From: Gemmatimonadota bacterium
GTDB lineage: Bacteria > Gemmatimonadota > Gemmatimonadetes > Gemmatimonadales > GWC2-71-9
NCBI GenBank assembly: GCA_025357945.1
Contig: JANYLJ010000055.1
Location: 775 to 64,774 of the forward strand
DNA length: 64,000 nucleotides
Direction: 5' to 3'
Shown here piece after piece: positions 35,673 to 44,307 of this stretch (positions are counted from its first letter, which is position 1; each line of letters begins with the position of its first letter). The position numbers and the translations under genes were made by a program. The notes under the pieces are model-generated. The model searched no databases. It saw only the letters and a list, made by a program, of their open reading frames with translations, and was not told where the DNA came from.

Positions 35673-36845
35673 TCAAGGCGGGGAGATCCGATCCCAGGGT
35701 GAGCTGCCGCGGGCGCGGTCGTAGCCGATCTGCTCGAGGCGGATCATCCAATCCCTGTCGAACAGTGCGTTCGCGCCCGGGTCGTCGGCGAGGAACGGCG
35801 GGATAAACGTTACGTGAAGTTCCAGTCGCAGCCCGGGCACGTCGGAACTCACCGCACGGGCCAACTCGCCGAGCCGGTTCAGCAGTTGCGGCTGCTGTCC
35901 CGTAAAGAGCAGTGTCTCGGTGCGGGCGCCGATGGCCCCTCGACTGGCAGGATCGGTGACGATCGGCCGCGGTTCGGTCAGCAGGTTCATGATCACCCAG
36001 AGGCGCACGGTCACCGACGGCGTCCCGCCCGCGACGGCCATGGCCAGTCGTGCCGCCAGGCTGCGGTACTCGTCAAGACCGAGTACCGGCAGCAGATTGG
36101 AAATGACGCCACCGTCCGCATGCACATGTCCGTCGACGATGACGGGCGGGAACAGCGTGGGGACCGCGGTCGAGGCGAGCAAGAGCACGTGAAACCGTTC
36201 GGGCCCGCCATGGGCCAACTCGGTAGCGACATCCCAGCTTCTCGTGATGCCGAGGTCAAAATCCGTGCTGCCGATTGCGAGCTGCCGGTCCTCGTCGAAC
36301 AGCCGTCGCAACGCCGCGGCCATGTGCATATCGAACACCTGCGCAATGGTCTCGCGGTAGCGCCCGATCTTGAGCACACCGCCAGTGCGGCGCAACCAGA
36401 AGAACGGATCGACCGTCGGTGCGACGCGATTCGCGCCGCGGCGATACAGCGAGGAAAGCGTGTCGAGTGCGGCGGCGGTGCCGAGGAGCGCGAACGGCGC
36501 TTGCAGCGCTCCGGTGCTGATACCGGTGACCAGGTCGAAGCGTGGCATCGCTCCCGAAGGCCGCGAACGCCAGCCCCGGAGGAACCCGGCACCGTAGGCG
36601 CCATTCTGGCCGCCGCCCGAGAGCAGGAGGATATCGAGCTGATGGTCGCCCCGCGCAAGAATGCGACGGGCAAGGCGCGCCACGATGGTATCGACCGTGG
36701 CCCGCTCGACCGCGCGAATGGCCGGCGCTTCCGCCGCGATCGACGCCACCGTGGCAGGCGGATGATGGATCGCGGCGCACCCGGCTATCGTGGCGACCGT
36801 GCCAATGGAACCGACGATCGGATACCATCGTCGCCAGGCCATCAT
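35673..36845 (-). CDS. patatin-like phospholipase, lipoprotein
   Basis: Oxyanion motif LSGGGQNGAYGAG, nucleophile GISTGA and lipobox TIAGC. The start is at MMAWRRW (36845); the ORF is open to 36926. Confidence 0.8.
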   Translation of the reverse strand: MMAWRRWYPIVGSIGTVATIAGCAAIHHPPATVASIAAEAPAIRAVERATVDTIVARLARRILARGDHQLDILLLSGGGQNGAYGAGFLRGWRSRPSGAMPRFDLVTGISTGALQAPFALLGTAAALDTLSSLYRRGANRVAPTVDPFFWLRRTGGVLKIGRYRETIAQVFDMHMAAALRRLFDEDRQLAIGSTDFDLGITRSWDVATELAHGGPERFHVLLLASTAVPTLFPPVIVDGHVHADGGVISNLLPVLGLDEYRSLAARLAMAVAGGTPSVTVRLWVIMNLLTEPRPIVTDPASRGAIGARTETLLFTGQQPQLLNRLGELARAVSSDVPGLRLELHVTFIPPFLADDPGANALFDRDWMIRLEQIGYDRARGSSPWDRISPP

Positions 36846-37195
36846 GCTCGCCTGGCCCCAGCCACGGTGGCAGACGCGGGACCGGTCAGCGGGGGGGCCG
36901 ATGGAGCGGGCTACCGTATGGAGCATGGGTCAATGTAGCTGTCCGGCTGCGGCGCGTAGCGGTGATACGCCGAGGACCTTAACAGCTGCCTCATCATTTC
37001 TTCATCATTGTCCTGCTACTCTCCGACCACATCTCCGGAGTCCGGGTGCGAGGAGGCGTGAAGGCGACGCAGGACGTCGGGTTCCGGTTCTCGGCATCGT
37101 ACCAGAAGGAGACCGATGCGCGGATTTGTTGCTGGCGGCGAGGTGCGGGGCCCGTTCGCCACCACGTTGGCGAACGGGCGGCAACAGCATGGTTC

Positions 37196-38623
37196 GTGGC
37201 GCGATCGGCGGTCGCGGGGATGATCGCGCTCTGGTTGCTCGTCGCCACGGCGACCGGCGATACCGGCGGGATGCCCGCCGCCCTGCAGCATGCGCTGAAC
37301 GCGGCAGGCCATCCACGGATGCGCTGGGGCGACATCAGCGACGTCCGCAACCTGCTGTCGCGGAGTTATGTGATGCGGTCGTGGCGGCCGTTGTGGAGCA
37401 TGAATGGTCGCCTCACGCAGCCCGGGAGGCAGGTGCTCGCTGAACTCGACTCCGCCCGGGCCCGCGGGCTGGACCCGGCTGACTATGATGCGGCTGCTCT
37501 CGATGCCCGCGCCGACTCGCTGCCGGCGCTCGACGTCGCGGCGGCGGCGGAATTCGACGTGATGCTGTCGGCCGCCACCGCGCGTCACGCCCACGCCCTG
37601 AGCCGTGGCCGCGTTGACCCCCACCTGCTGCATCCCATGCTGGACGCTCCGACCGACAGCGTGGACGTTGCGGCCGTCCTCGACCAACTGACGCGAACCC
37701 AGCGACCGGACACCGTGTTCCGGAACCTCGAGCCGCGCCACGCCAGCTACCTGCGTCTGGTCGATCTGTTGGCGCAGTATCGGAGACTGGCGGGCCGAGG
37801 CGTCTCCCGGTCGGCGGACTCGGTCCCCGTGCGGATCCGGCAGATCGAACTCGCCCTGGAGCGCTGGCGATGGCTGCCGCACAGCGCCAGTGCCCCGTGG
37901 ATCGTCGTGAATGTGCCAGCGTTCCGGCTCTACGCCCTCGCCAGCGACCGGGAGGAGCCGGGCGACATGTTGCGCATGAACGTTGTTGCGGGTCAGGCGG
38001 CACAGCACCCGACTCCTCTCCTCGTGACCAGTATCGTGGCGGTCCAGTTCCACCCGCCGTGGATCGTGCCGCGGCCGATCGCGATCCGGGAAATCCGGCC
38101 GCTCGCGTTGCGCGACAGCGCGTTCCTCGGTCGTCAGCACTATGAGTTGCTGCACGGCGACACCGTCGTTGCCGCGACCCGCGCGAACGTGTTGCGGATC
38201 GGTGCGGTGATCGACGTGCGACAGGCACCCGGGCCGTGGAACGCCCTTGGTGACATCAAGTTTGTCACACCAAACGCCGCCGACGTGTATTTGCACGACA
38301 CGCCGACGCGGCAGGATTTCGTGCGCCCCGAGCGAGACCTCTCTCACGGCTGTATCCGCGTCGCGGAGCCGGTCCTGTTGGCCGAGTTCGTGCTGCAGGG
38401 CGAGCCGGAGTGGACGCGGGATCGAATCGACGACGCCCTGACCGACAGCACAACGCGGGTGGTGCCGTTGCGACGGCCAATCCCGGTGTTCGTGGTATAT
38501 CAAACGCTGGTTCCGCGTGAGTCCGGTGGCATCCTCGTCTACCCGGATGTCTATGGCTACGACAAGCGGCTCGAGGCGTTCCTGCGCGCCGGGTACGCTC
38601 ATCCAATGGCGCCGATTCCGTGA
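37196..38623 (+). CDS. L,D-transpeptidase (YkuD domain) with N-terminal peptidoglycan-binding-like region
   Basis: Catalytic motif HDTPTRQDFVRPERDLSHGCIRV. The probable GVG start at 37196 gives the signal peptide (V)ARSAVAGMIALWLLVATA. The ORF is open from 37046. Confidence 0.8.
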   Translation: MARSAVAGMIALWLLVATATGDTGGMPAALQHALNAAGHPRMRWGDISDVRNLLSRSYVMRSWRPLWSMNGRLTQPGRQVLAELDSARARGLDPADYDAAALDARADSLPALDVAAAAEFDVMLSAATARHAHALSRGRVDPHLLHPMLDAPTDSVDVAAVLDQLTRTQRPDTVFRNLEPRHASYLRLVDLLAQYRRLAGRGVSRSADSVPVRIRQIELALERWRWLPHSASAPWIVVNVPAFRLYALASDREEPGDMLRMNVVAGQAAQHPTPLLVTSIVAVQFHPPWIVPRPIAIREIRPLALRDSAFLGRQHYELLHGDTVVAATRANVLRIGAVIDVRQAPGPWNALGDIKFVTPNAADVYLHDTPTRQDFVRPERDLSHGCIRVAEPVLLAEFVLQGEPEWTRDRIDDALTDSTTRVVPLRRPIPVFVVYQTLVPRESGGILVYPDVYGYDKRLEAFLRAGYAHPMAPIP

Positions 38624-38645
38624 TCTCCATTTCTTCGAGGGCCAC

Positions 38646-38828
38646 ATGCCAACCCCACTGACCGAACGGCGGCTGAACCTGCTGGTCGTGGTACTCGGCA
38701 TCGGGGCGGCGTTCTTTCTGCTCGACCAGCGGGTGCCGGTCTGGTTGCGGATCCTGCCGTGGACGGTGGTGTTTGGTTACCCGCTCTGGCGGATGGTCCG
38801 GTCGCGGCGATCGGGACACGATGAATGA
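38646..38828 (+). CDS. 60-aa two-TM membrane protein
   Basis: MPTPLTERRLNLLVVVLGIGAAFFLLDQRVPVWLRILPWTVVFGYPLWRMV. Its stop overlaps the decarboxylase ATG (ATGA). Confidence 0.45.
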   Translation: MPTPLTERRLNLLVVVLGIGAAFFLLDQRVPVWLRILPWTVVFGYPLWRMVRSRRSGHDE

Positions 38829-40777
38829 CGGCAGCGACACCGGACGAGGCGCTCCGCGCCTGGTTCCTCGGACCCCGCGCTGAAAATGCGGAACTGTTCG
38901 AGCGGCTGATTCTCGAATCGCTGCGCGATCACATCTTCTGGCGAAGGAACCATCATCCGGAAGACGGGTTCACCATCCATGAGGCGGATCGTCGGCGGGC
39001 TGGCTACGACGACGCGATCGCCCGGTTGACCGAAGAGCTGCAGGGGCTCCTCGCGGCACTGAAGCGGGACGTCCCGTTTTTCAGCGGCCGGTATCAGGGC
39101 CACATGGTCGGTGAGCAGACCATCGCGGCCCAGATCGGGTACTTCGCCGCGATGCTCTACAACCCCAACAACGTGACGGAGGAAGTGTCGCCCGTCACGA
39201 CCCGCCTGGAACTCGAAGTGGCGACCCAGCTCGCGGCGATGATCGGCTACGCCCCGGAGCGCGCCTGGGGCCATCTCTGCTCCGGCGGGACCATCGCGAA
39301 TTTCGAGGCGCTCTGGATCGCGCGTGGCGTGCGATATCTCCCGGTGGCGCTCGCGCTCGCGGCGCGCGATCTCGGCGTGCCGCTCGCCGTCCGCTCGCTG
39401 GACGGTCGCCCGATCGACATCCGCTCGCAATCGCTCTGGGCGTTGCTAAATCTTGAACCGGATGCCACCCTCGATGCCTATCACCTGCTCCATGAGTCCG
39501 CGCCGGGCGGCGATGTGGTCGCCGCACTCGATGCGCACTCTCTCTCGACGATCGGGTATCAGGACTACACTCGTCGCCTTGTCGCCGCGTTCGGTGACCC
39601 GTTGCCCGCCGGCGTGGTGCTCGTGCCGGCGACGGCGCACTATTCGTGGGAGAAGATCGTCCGCGCGCTCGGGATCGGCGCGCAACGAATGATTACCGTA
39701 CCGGTGGACGGCTCGTGCCGGATCGACCCGGACGCGCTCTGGCAGGAGCTGACACGCTGCGCCACACAGCACACGCCGGTTCTGGCGGTGGTGAGCGTTT
39801 GCGGCACGACCGAGGAGGGCGCGATCGATCGCCTGGATCTCGTTGTTGCCGCGCGGGACCGAGCGGCCCGCGAACTGGGGCTCACATTTCACCTGCATTC
39901 GGACGCGTGCTACGGCGGCTACGCGGCCGCGGTCACGCGGGCGCCGGCCGGACGGCGCCTGAGCGCCGAGGAGATTCGCGGCGCGCATGGTTTCGACTGG
40001 CCTGCGCCGGAATGGGTGACGGCGATCGAGGCGCTTGCCCAGGCCGATTCGGTCACGATCGACCCGCACAAGCTCGGGTACGTCCCCTACCCCGCGGGTG
40101 CCCTGCTGATCCGCGACCGCCGCGCGCGGGCGCTGGTCTCACTTGATCCACCGTATCTGACGCCACCCGGTGCGGGCCCATCGCAGGATGAGCGCTTCAT
40201 CGGCCGATGGATTCTCGAAGGTTCGAAGCCCGGTGCGGCGGCGGCCTCGGTCTGGCTCACTCATCGGGTGATCCCGCTCGACGAACGCGGGTACGGCCAT
40301 ATCATCGCCCGCACCGTTCGCGGGGCGCATCGGTTTCATGCCGCGCTGGAAGGCAACGCACTCGCACCGTTCAGCGCGCTCCGTTTCCCCCGCCCGGACT
40401 TGAACATCGTCAACTGGATCGTGACGCACCCCTCGGTCACTGACCTCGATTCACTCAATGCGCTGAACGAAGGAATTTACGCGCGGCTCAGTCCCGCCGC
40501 GGACGATCCAGCGTATTTCATCACGCGCACGCGGATCCGCTCGCCGGCGTACGACGGTGCGGTGCTGCCGCTGCTCGCGAAACTGGGTGTCAACGAAGCG
40601 ATGTGGCGACGTGACGGACTGGTGGTGCTGCGCGCGGTAGTCATGGATCCATTCTTCGACGGCGGGCCCCGGATGCCCGATCACGTCGCGGGCTTGGTCA
40701 CGGCACTCCAGGCCGCCGCGACGGAAGCCCTTGCAACGGGATTGCAGCCGTCGCGCGCCACTACGAGGTTGGTGTGA
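38825..40777 (+). CDS. group II pyridoxal-phosphate-dependent decarboxylase (large, tyrosine-decarboxylase-like)
   Basis: PLP-lysine motif SVTIDPHKLGYVPYPAG. The N-terminal FLGPRAENAELFERL...WRRNHHPED resembles bacterial TyrDC-type enzymes. Confidence 0.8.
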   Translation: MTAATPDEALRAWFLGPRAENAELFERLILESLRDHIFWRRNHHPEDGFTIHEADRRRAGYDDAIARLTEELQGLLAALKRDVPFFSGRYQGHMVGEQTIAAQIGYFAAMLYNPNNVTEEVSPVTTRLELEVATQLAAMIGYAPERAWGHLCSGGTIANFEALWIARGVRYLPVALALAARDLGVPLAVRSLDGRPIDIRSQSLWALLNLEPDATLDAYHLLHESAPGGDVVAALDAHSLSTIGYQDYTRRLVAAFGDPLPAGVVLVPATAHYSWEKIVRALGIGAQRMITVPVDGSCRIDPDALWQELTRCATQHTPVLAVVSVCGTTEEGAIDRLDLVVAARDRAARELGLTFHLHSDACYGGYAAAVTRAPAGRRLSAEEIRGAHGFDWPAPEWVTAIEALAQADSVTIDPHKLGYVPYPAGALLIRDRRARALVSLDPPYLTPPGAGPSQDERFIGRWILEGSKPGAAAASVWLTHRVIPLDERGYGHIIARTVRGAHRFHAALEGNALAPFSALRFPRPDLNIVNWIVTHPSVTDLDSLNALNEGIYARLSPAADDPAYFITRTRIRSPAYDGAVLPLLAKLGVNEAMWRRDGLVVLRAVVMDPFFDGGPRMPDHVAGLVTALQAAATEALATGLQPSRATTRLV

Positions 40778-40787
40778 ACCGACGGCG

Positions 40788-40803
40788 TGTGACAATCGTC
40801 ACG
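40788..40803 (+). promoter_or_regulatory. candidate Crp/Fnr-family operator (TGTGAC-AATC-GTCACG) upstream of the NMO-like gene
   Basis: It sits in the 49-nt gap after the decarboxylase stop, with its centre about 31 nt before the ATG at 40827. The 22 nt at 40788..40809 are identical to 21930..21909 read on the minus strand. Confidence 0.55.
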
Positions 40804-40826
40804 GTGCCGCGGCGGCTGCCACCGCC

Positions 40827-42281
40827 ATGATGCGACGAACCTTGAAGGGGAGCGTCCCGATCGCAATCTCCACCGCTCCACTGCCGCTGATCGTCCAGGG
40901 CGGCATGGGTGTCGCCGTCTCCGACTGGCGCCTCGCCCGCGCCGTGTCGCGCCGGGGACAGCTGGGCGTCGTTTCGGGAACCGGTCTCGACACCGTGTTC
41001 GTACGGCGACTGCAGGACGGCGATCACGATGGTGCGCTTCGTCGCGCCATGGACGCATTCCCGATGCCGGGTGTCGCAGCGCGCGCAATCGCGCGATACT
41101 TCCGGCCACGCGGCCGGGCGAGCGACGAGCCGTACCAGCTGCTGCCGATGTACCGGCGAGCGGCGAGCAAGGAGCGCGAAGCGCTCACGATGCTCGCCGC
41201 GTTCTGCGAGGTGTATCTCGCCCGGGAGGGCCATCAAGGATCGGTCGGGATCAACCTGCTCACCAAGGTGCAGCGGCCGAATCTCGCAACCCTGTATGGC
41301 GCCATGCTCGCCGGCGTGGGCTACGTGCTGATGGGTGCCGGCATTCCGCGCGAGATCCCCGCGGTCCTCGATGCCCTGACGCATCACTGCACCGCATCGC
41401 TGCGACTGGACGCCGTGGGGCTCCCGCCGGGCGCGGCGCCCGAGATCACGCTCAACCCGGCCGATTACTGGCGCGATCCGCCGGCGCTCGAGCGGCCCAG
41501 GTTTCTCCCGATCGTCGCGAGCAACTCGCTGGCGGCGATGTTGGCGCACAAGCTGGGCGCGGGCGTCGACGGTTTCGTGATCGAGGGTCCGACGGCCGGC
41601 GGCCACAATGCGCCGCCCCGCGGTACCCCCCAGTTCAACACCCGCGGCGAACCCGTGTACGGATCGCGCGACGACGTCGATCTCGCCCGCATCCGCGAGC
41701 TCGGCCTGCCCTTCTGGCTGGCGGGCGGGATGGGGCATCCGGAGCAGCTGCGCCGCGCCCGGGCCGACGGCGCAGCAGGCATTCAGGTCGGGACGCTGTT
41801 CGCGTTCTGCGATGAATCCGGGGTGACGGCCGACCTCAAGCAGTCCGTCCTGGCCAGTGCAGCACGCGGCGCGGTAGACGTGATTACCGATCCACTGGCC
41901 TCACCAACGGGCTATCCGTTCAAGGTCGTCGACTGGAGCGGCGCCCCGGTAGCGCAGAAATCGCGTGAGCGCATCTGCGACATGGGCTACCTGCGCGTCG
42001 CGTACGTGCGGCCGGACGGCGGGATCGGCTATCGCTGCGCCGCGGAACCAGTGGACGCGTATGTGGCGAAAGGCGGCGACGTCAACGACACCGTGGGTCG
42101 CCGTTGCCTGTGTAACGCGTTGATGGCGAACGTCGGCCTGGCGCAGTTACGTGAGCATGGTCAACACGAACCGCCCCTGCTCACCAGCGGTGACGACCTC
42201 AGGACGATTGCCGATTTTCTGCATGGGCGCACCCACTACTCCGCCGATGATGTCATTGACTACCTCCTAGCCGAATCATGA
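40827..42281 (+). CDS. nitronate monooxygenase / 2-nitropropane dioxygenase-family FMN enzyme (long form)
   Basis: LIVQGGMGVAVS and GFVIEGPTAGGHNAP, followed by FWLAGGMG. The start is at the ATG at 40827 (MMRRTLKG). Confidence 0.75.
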   Translation: MMRRTLKGSVPIAISTAPLPLIVQGGMGVAVSDWRLARAVSRRGQLGVVSGTGLDTVFVRRLQDGDHDGALRRAMDAFPMPGVAARAIARYFRPRGRASDEPYQLLPMYRRAASKEREALTMLAAFCEVYLAREGHQGSVGINLLTKVQRPNLATLYGAMLAGVGYVLMGAGIPREIPAVLDALTHHCTASLRLDAVGLPPGAAPEITLNPADYWRDPPALERPRFLPIVASNSLAAMLAHKLGAGVDGFVIEGPTAGGHNAPPRGTPQFNTRGEPVYGSRDDVDLARIRELGLPFWLAGGMGHPEQLRRARADGAAGIQVGTLFAFCDESGVTADLKQSVLASAARGAVDVITDPLASPTGYPFKVVDWSGAPVAQKSRERICDMGYLRVAYVRPDGGIGYRCAAEPVDAYVAKGGDVNDTVGRRCLCNALMANVGLAQLREHGQHEPPLLTSGDDLRTIADFLHGRTHYSADDVIDYLLAES

Positions 42282-44116
42282 TCCGGCGCACCGCGCCCAC
42301 CACCATGCTGCTTCGCGTCGGCGCCGCCGCAGCGTTCCTCGCCGTCGGCGCCGCGGTACGATTTGGCGGGCACGACCCGGTTACGGCCGACGCGATCTGG
42401 CGGTGGGGACTGGGACTGCTCGGCGGGATCGTGGTGGTGCGCACGCTTATCAGCGTCGCCGCCGGACGCCTTGCCGCGGACGTCATCGCGTCCTTCGCGA
42501 TCATCGGCGCATTCGCGCTCGACCAATCGTTCGCGGGCCTCGTCATCGTCGTGATGCAGACGGGCGGCGAAGCACTGGAGCTCATCGCCGAAGGGCGTGC
42601 GTCACGTGCGCTACGCGACCTCGAAAAGGCAGCGCCGCGCTGGGCCCACCGGCTACATGACGACGCGGTGACGGACATCACGGTCGACACGATCATCGTC
42701 GGCGACATGCTGCTCGTCCGGCCGGGCGAGATGATCCCGTGCGACGCGACCGTGACCGCCGGGCAGTCACACGTCGACGCATCGACGCTGACCGGAGAAC
42801 CGGTCCCCGTCAGTACCCGACCCGGCGTGCGGCTCATGAGCGGAGCACTCAACCTCGAGGGTCCGCTGACGCTACGGGCAACGGCGCTGGCGGCGGAAAG
42901 TCAGTATCACCGGATCGTCGAGCTGGTCCGCAGTGCCCAGGCGAGCAAAGCGCCGCTCCAACGACTGGCCGATCGTTACGCGATCTGGTTCACGCCACTC
43001 ACCCTCGCCATTTGCGTCGGGACCTTCCTGGTGGCGCGGGATCCGGTGCGGGTCCTCGCCGTCCTGGTCGTGGCGACGCCGTGTCCACTCATTCTCGCCA
43101 CACCAATCGCGATCGTCGCCGGGATCAACCAGATGGCGAAACGTCATGTCGTGATCCGTCGCGGCAGCGCGCTCGAACAGATGGGACACGTCACCACCGT
43201 GGTATTCGACAAGACCGGCACGTTGACCCTCGGCCGGCCGCAGGTCGCGAAGGTCACGCCGGCAACGGGGCGGGATACCGCCGACGTCCTCCGCCTTGCC
43301 GCCGCGGTGGAGCAGGGTTCCGGGCACCTGCTCGCGCGCACCCTGGTCGAGGCGGCGGCGCGCGGCGGGCTGCCATCACCACCGGCGGAGGACGTCGTGG
43401 AAACGCCCGGCGCGGGCGTCACCGGTCGGGTGGAAGGGCGCACGGTTCGCGTCGGCGCACTCAGTTACATCACCGCAACGCAGCCGGCGTTGAGCGCGGA
43501 GTTCCTGAAGTTGTCCGGCGACAGCCTCGGGTTGCGCGCTTTTGTCGCGATCGACGGGCACGCCGCGGCTGTTGTCGACTACGCCGATCGTCCGCGCACC
43601 GGCATGTCGCGCTTTCTCGACCGCCTGCGCCACGCCGGCGTCCGGCGCATTCTGGTCGTGAGCGGGGACGCCCAGGCGAACGTCGATGCGATTGCCGACG
43701 CGATCGGCATCGACGAGGCCCACGGCGACCTGCTCCCGGAGGACAAGGTGGCGGTGATCGAGACGCTGATGCGAAACGGTGAACACGTGATCATGCTGGG
43801 CGACGGCACCAACGACGCGCCGGCGCTGAGCGCGGCAACGGTCGGCGTCGCGCTATCGGTGGGCGGCAGCGGTATCACCGCGGAGGCGGCGGACGCCGTC
43901 ATCCTCGGCGATGATCCGTCACGACTCGCGGATGCCATTGAAATCAGCCGGCGCACCATGCGTATCGCGCGGCAGAGCATCTGGGGCGGTCTGGTGCTCA
44001 GCGGCATCGCGATCGGGTTCGCCATGTTCGGGATGATCCCGCCGGCGGTTGGCGCGATCCTGCAGGAAACCATCGATGTCGCGGTGATCGTCAATGCGCT
44101 GCGGGCGGCGCGGTAG
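42278..44116 (+). CDS. heavy-metal P1B-type ATPase with a TPCP transmembrane motif, no N-terminal metal-binding domain
   Basis: Motifs DKTGTLT, GDGTNDAP and TGE (LTGEP), plus the TM motif VVATPCPLILATP (PCP instead of CPC). ATGA overlap with the NMO-like gene. Confidence 0.85.
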   Translation: MIRRTAPTTMLLRVGAAAAFLAVGAAVRFGGHDPVTADAIWRWGLGLLGGIVVVRTLISVAAGRLAADVIASFAIIGAFALDQSFAGLVIVVMQTGGEALELIAEGRASRALRDLEKAAPRWAHRLHDDAVTDITVDTIIVGDMLLVRPGEMIPCDATVTAGQSHVDASTLTGEPVPVSTRPGVRLMSGALNLEGPLTLRATALAAESQYHRIVELVRSAQASKAPLQRLADRYAIWFTPLTLAICVGTFLVARDPVRVLAVLVVATPCPLILATPIAIVAGINQMAKRHVVIRRGSALEQMGHVTTVVFDKTGTLTLGRPQVAKVTPATGRDTADVLRLAAAVEQGSGHLLARTLVEAAARGGLPSPPAEDVVETPGAGVTGRVEGRTVRVGALSYITATQPALSAEFLKLSGDSLGLRAFVAIDGHAAAVVDYADRPRTGMSRFLDRLRHAGVRRILVVSGDAQANVDAIADAIGIDEAHGDLLPEDKVAVIETLMRNGEHVIMLGDGTNDAPALSAATVGVALSVGGSGITAEAADAVILGDDPSRLADAIEISRRTMRIARQSIWGGLVLSGIAIGFAMFGMIPPAVGAILQETIDVAVIVNALRAAR

Positions 44117-44307
44117 GTCGCGCCAAGCCCTTGACGTCCCGACCCCGATCATGAAAATCAGATGAAGAGACCTTTATCCGACGGCAATTACCGCTTTGGA
44201 TTTGTATATGTACGGAGCGTAATATTGCGTAGTTCCGCGTCGGGCTCCCACCCCGCACGCTGTCATTGGATCGTCGTGCCAGACCTGACGAGAAGGGGGC
44301 ATCCAGT

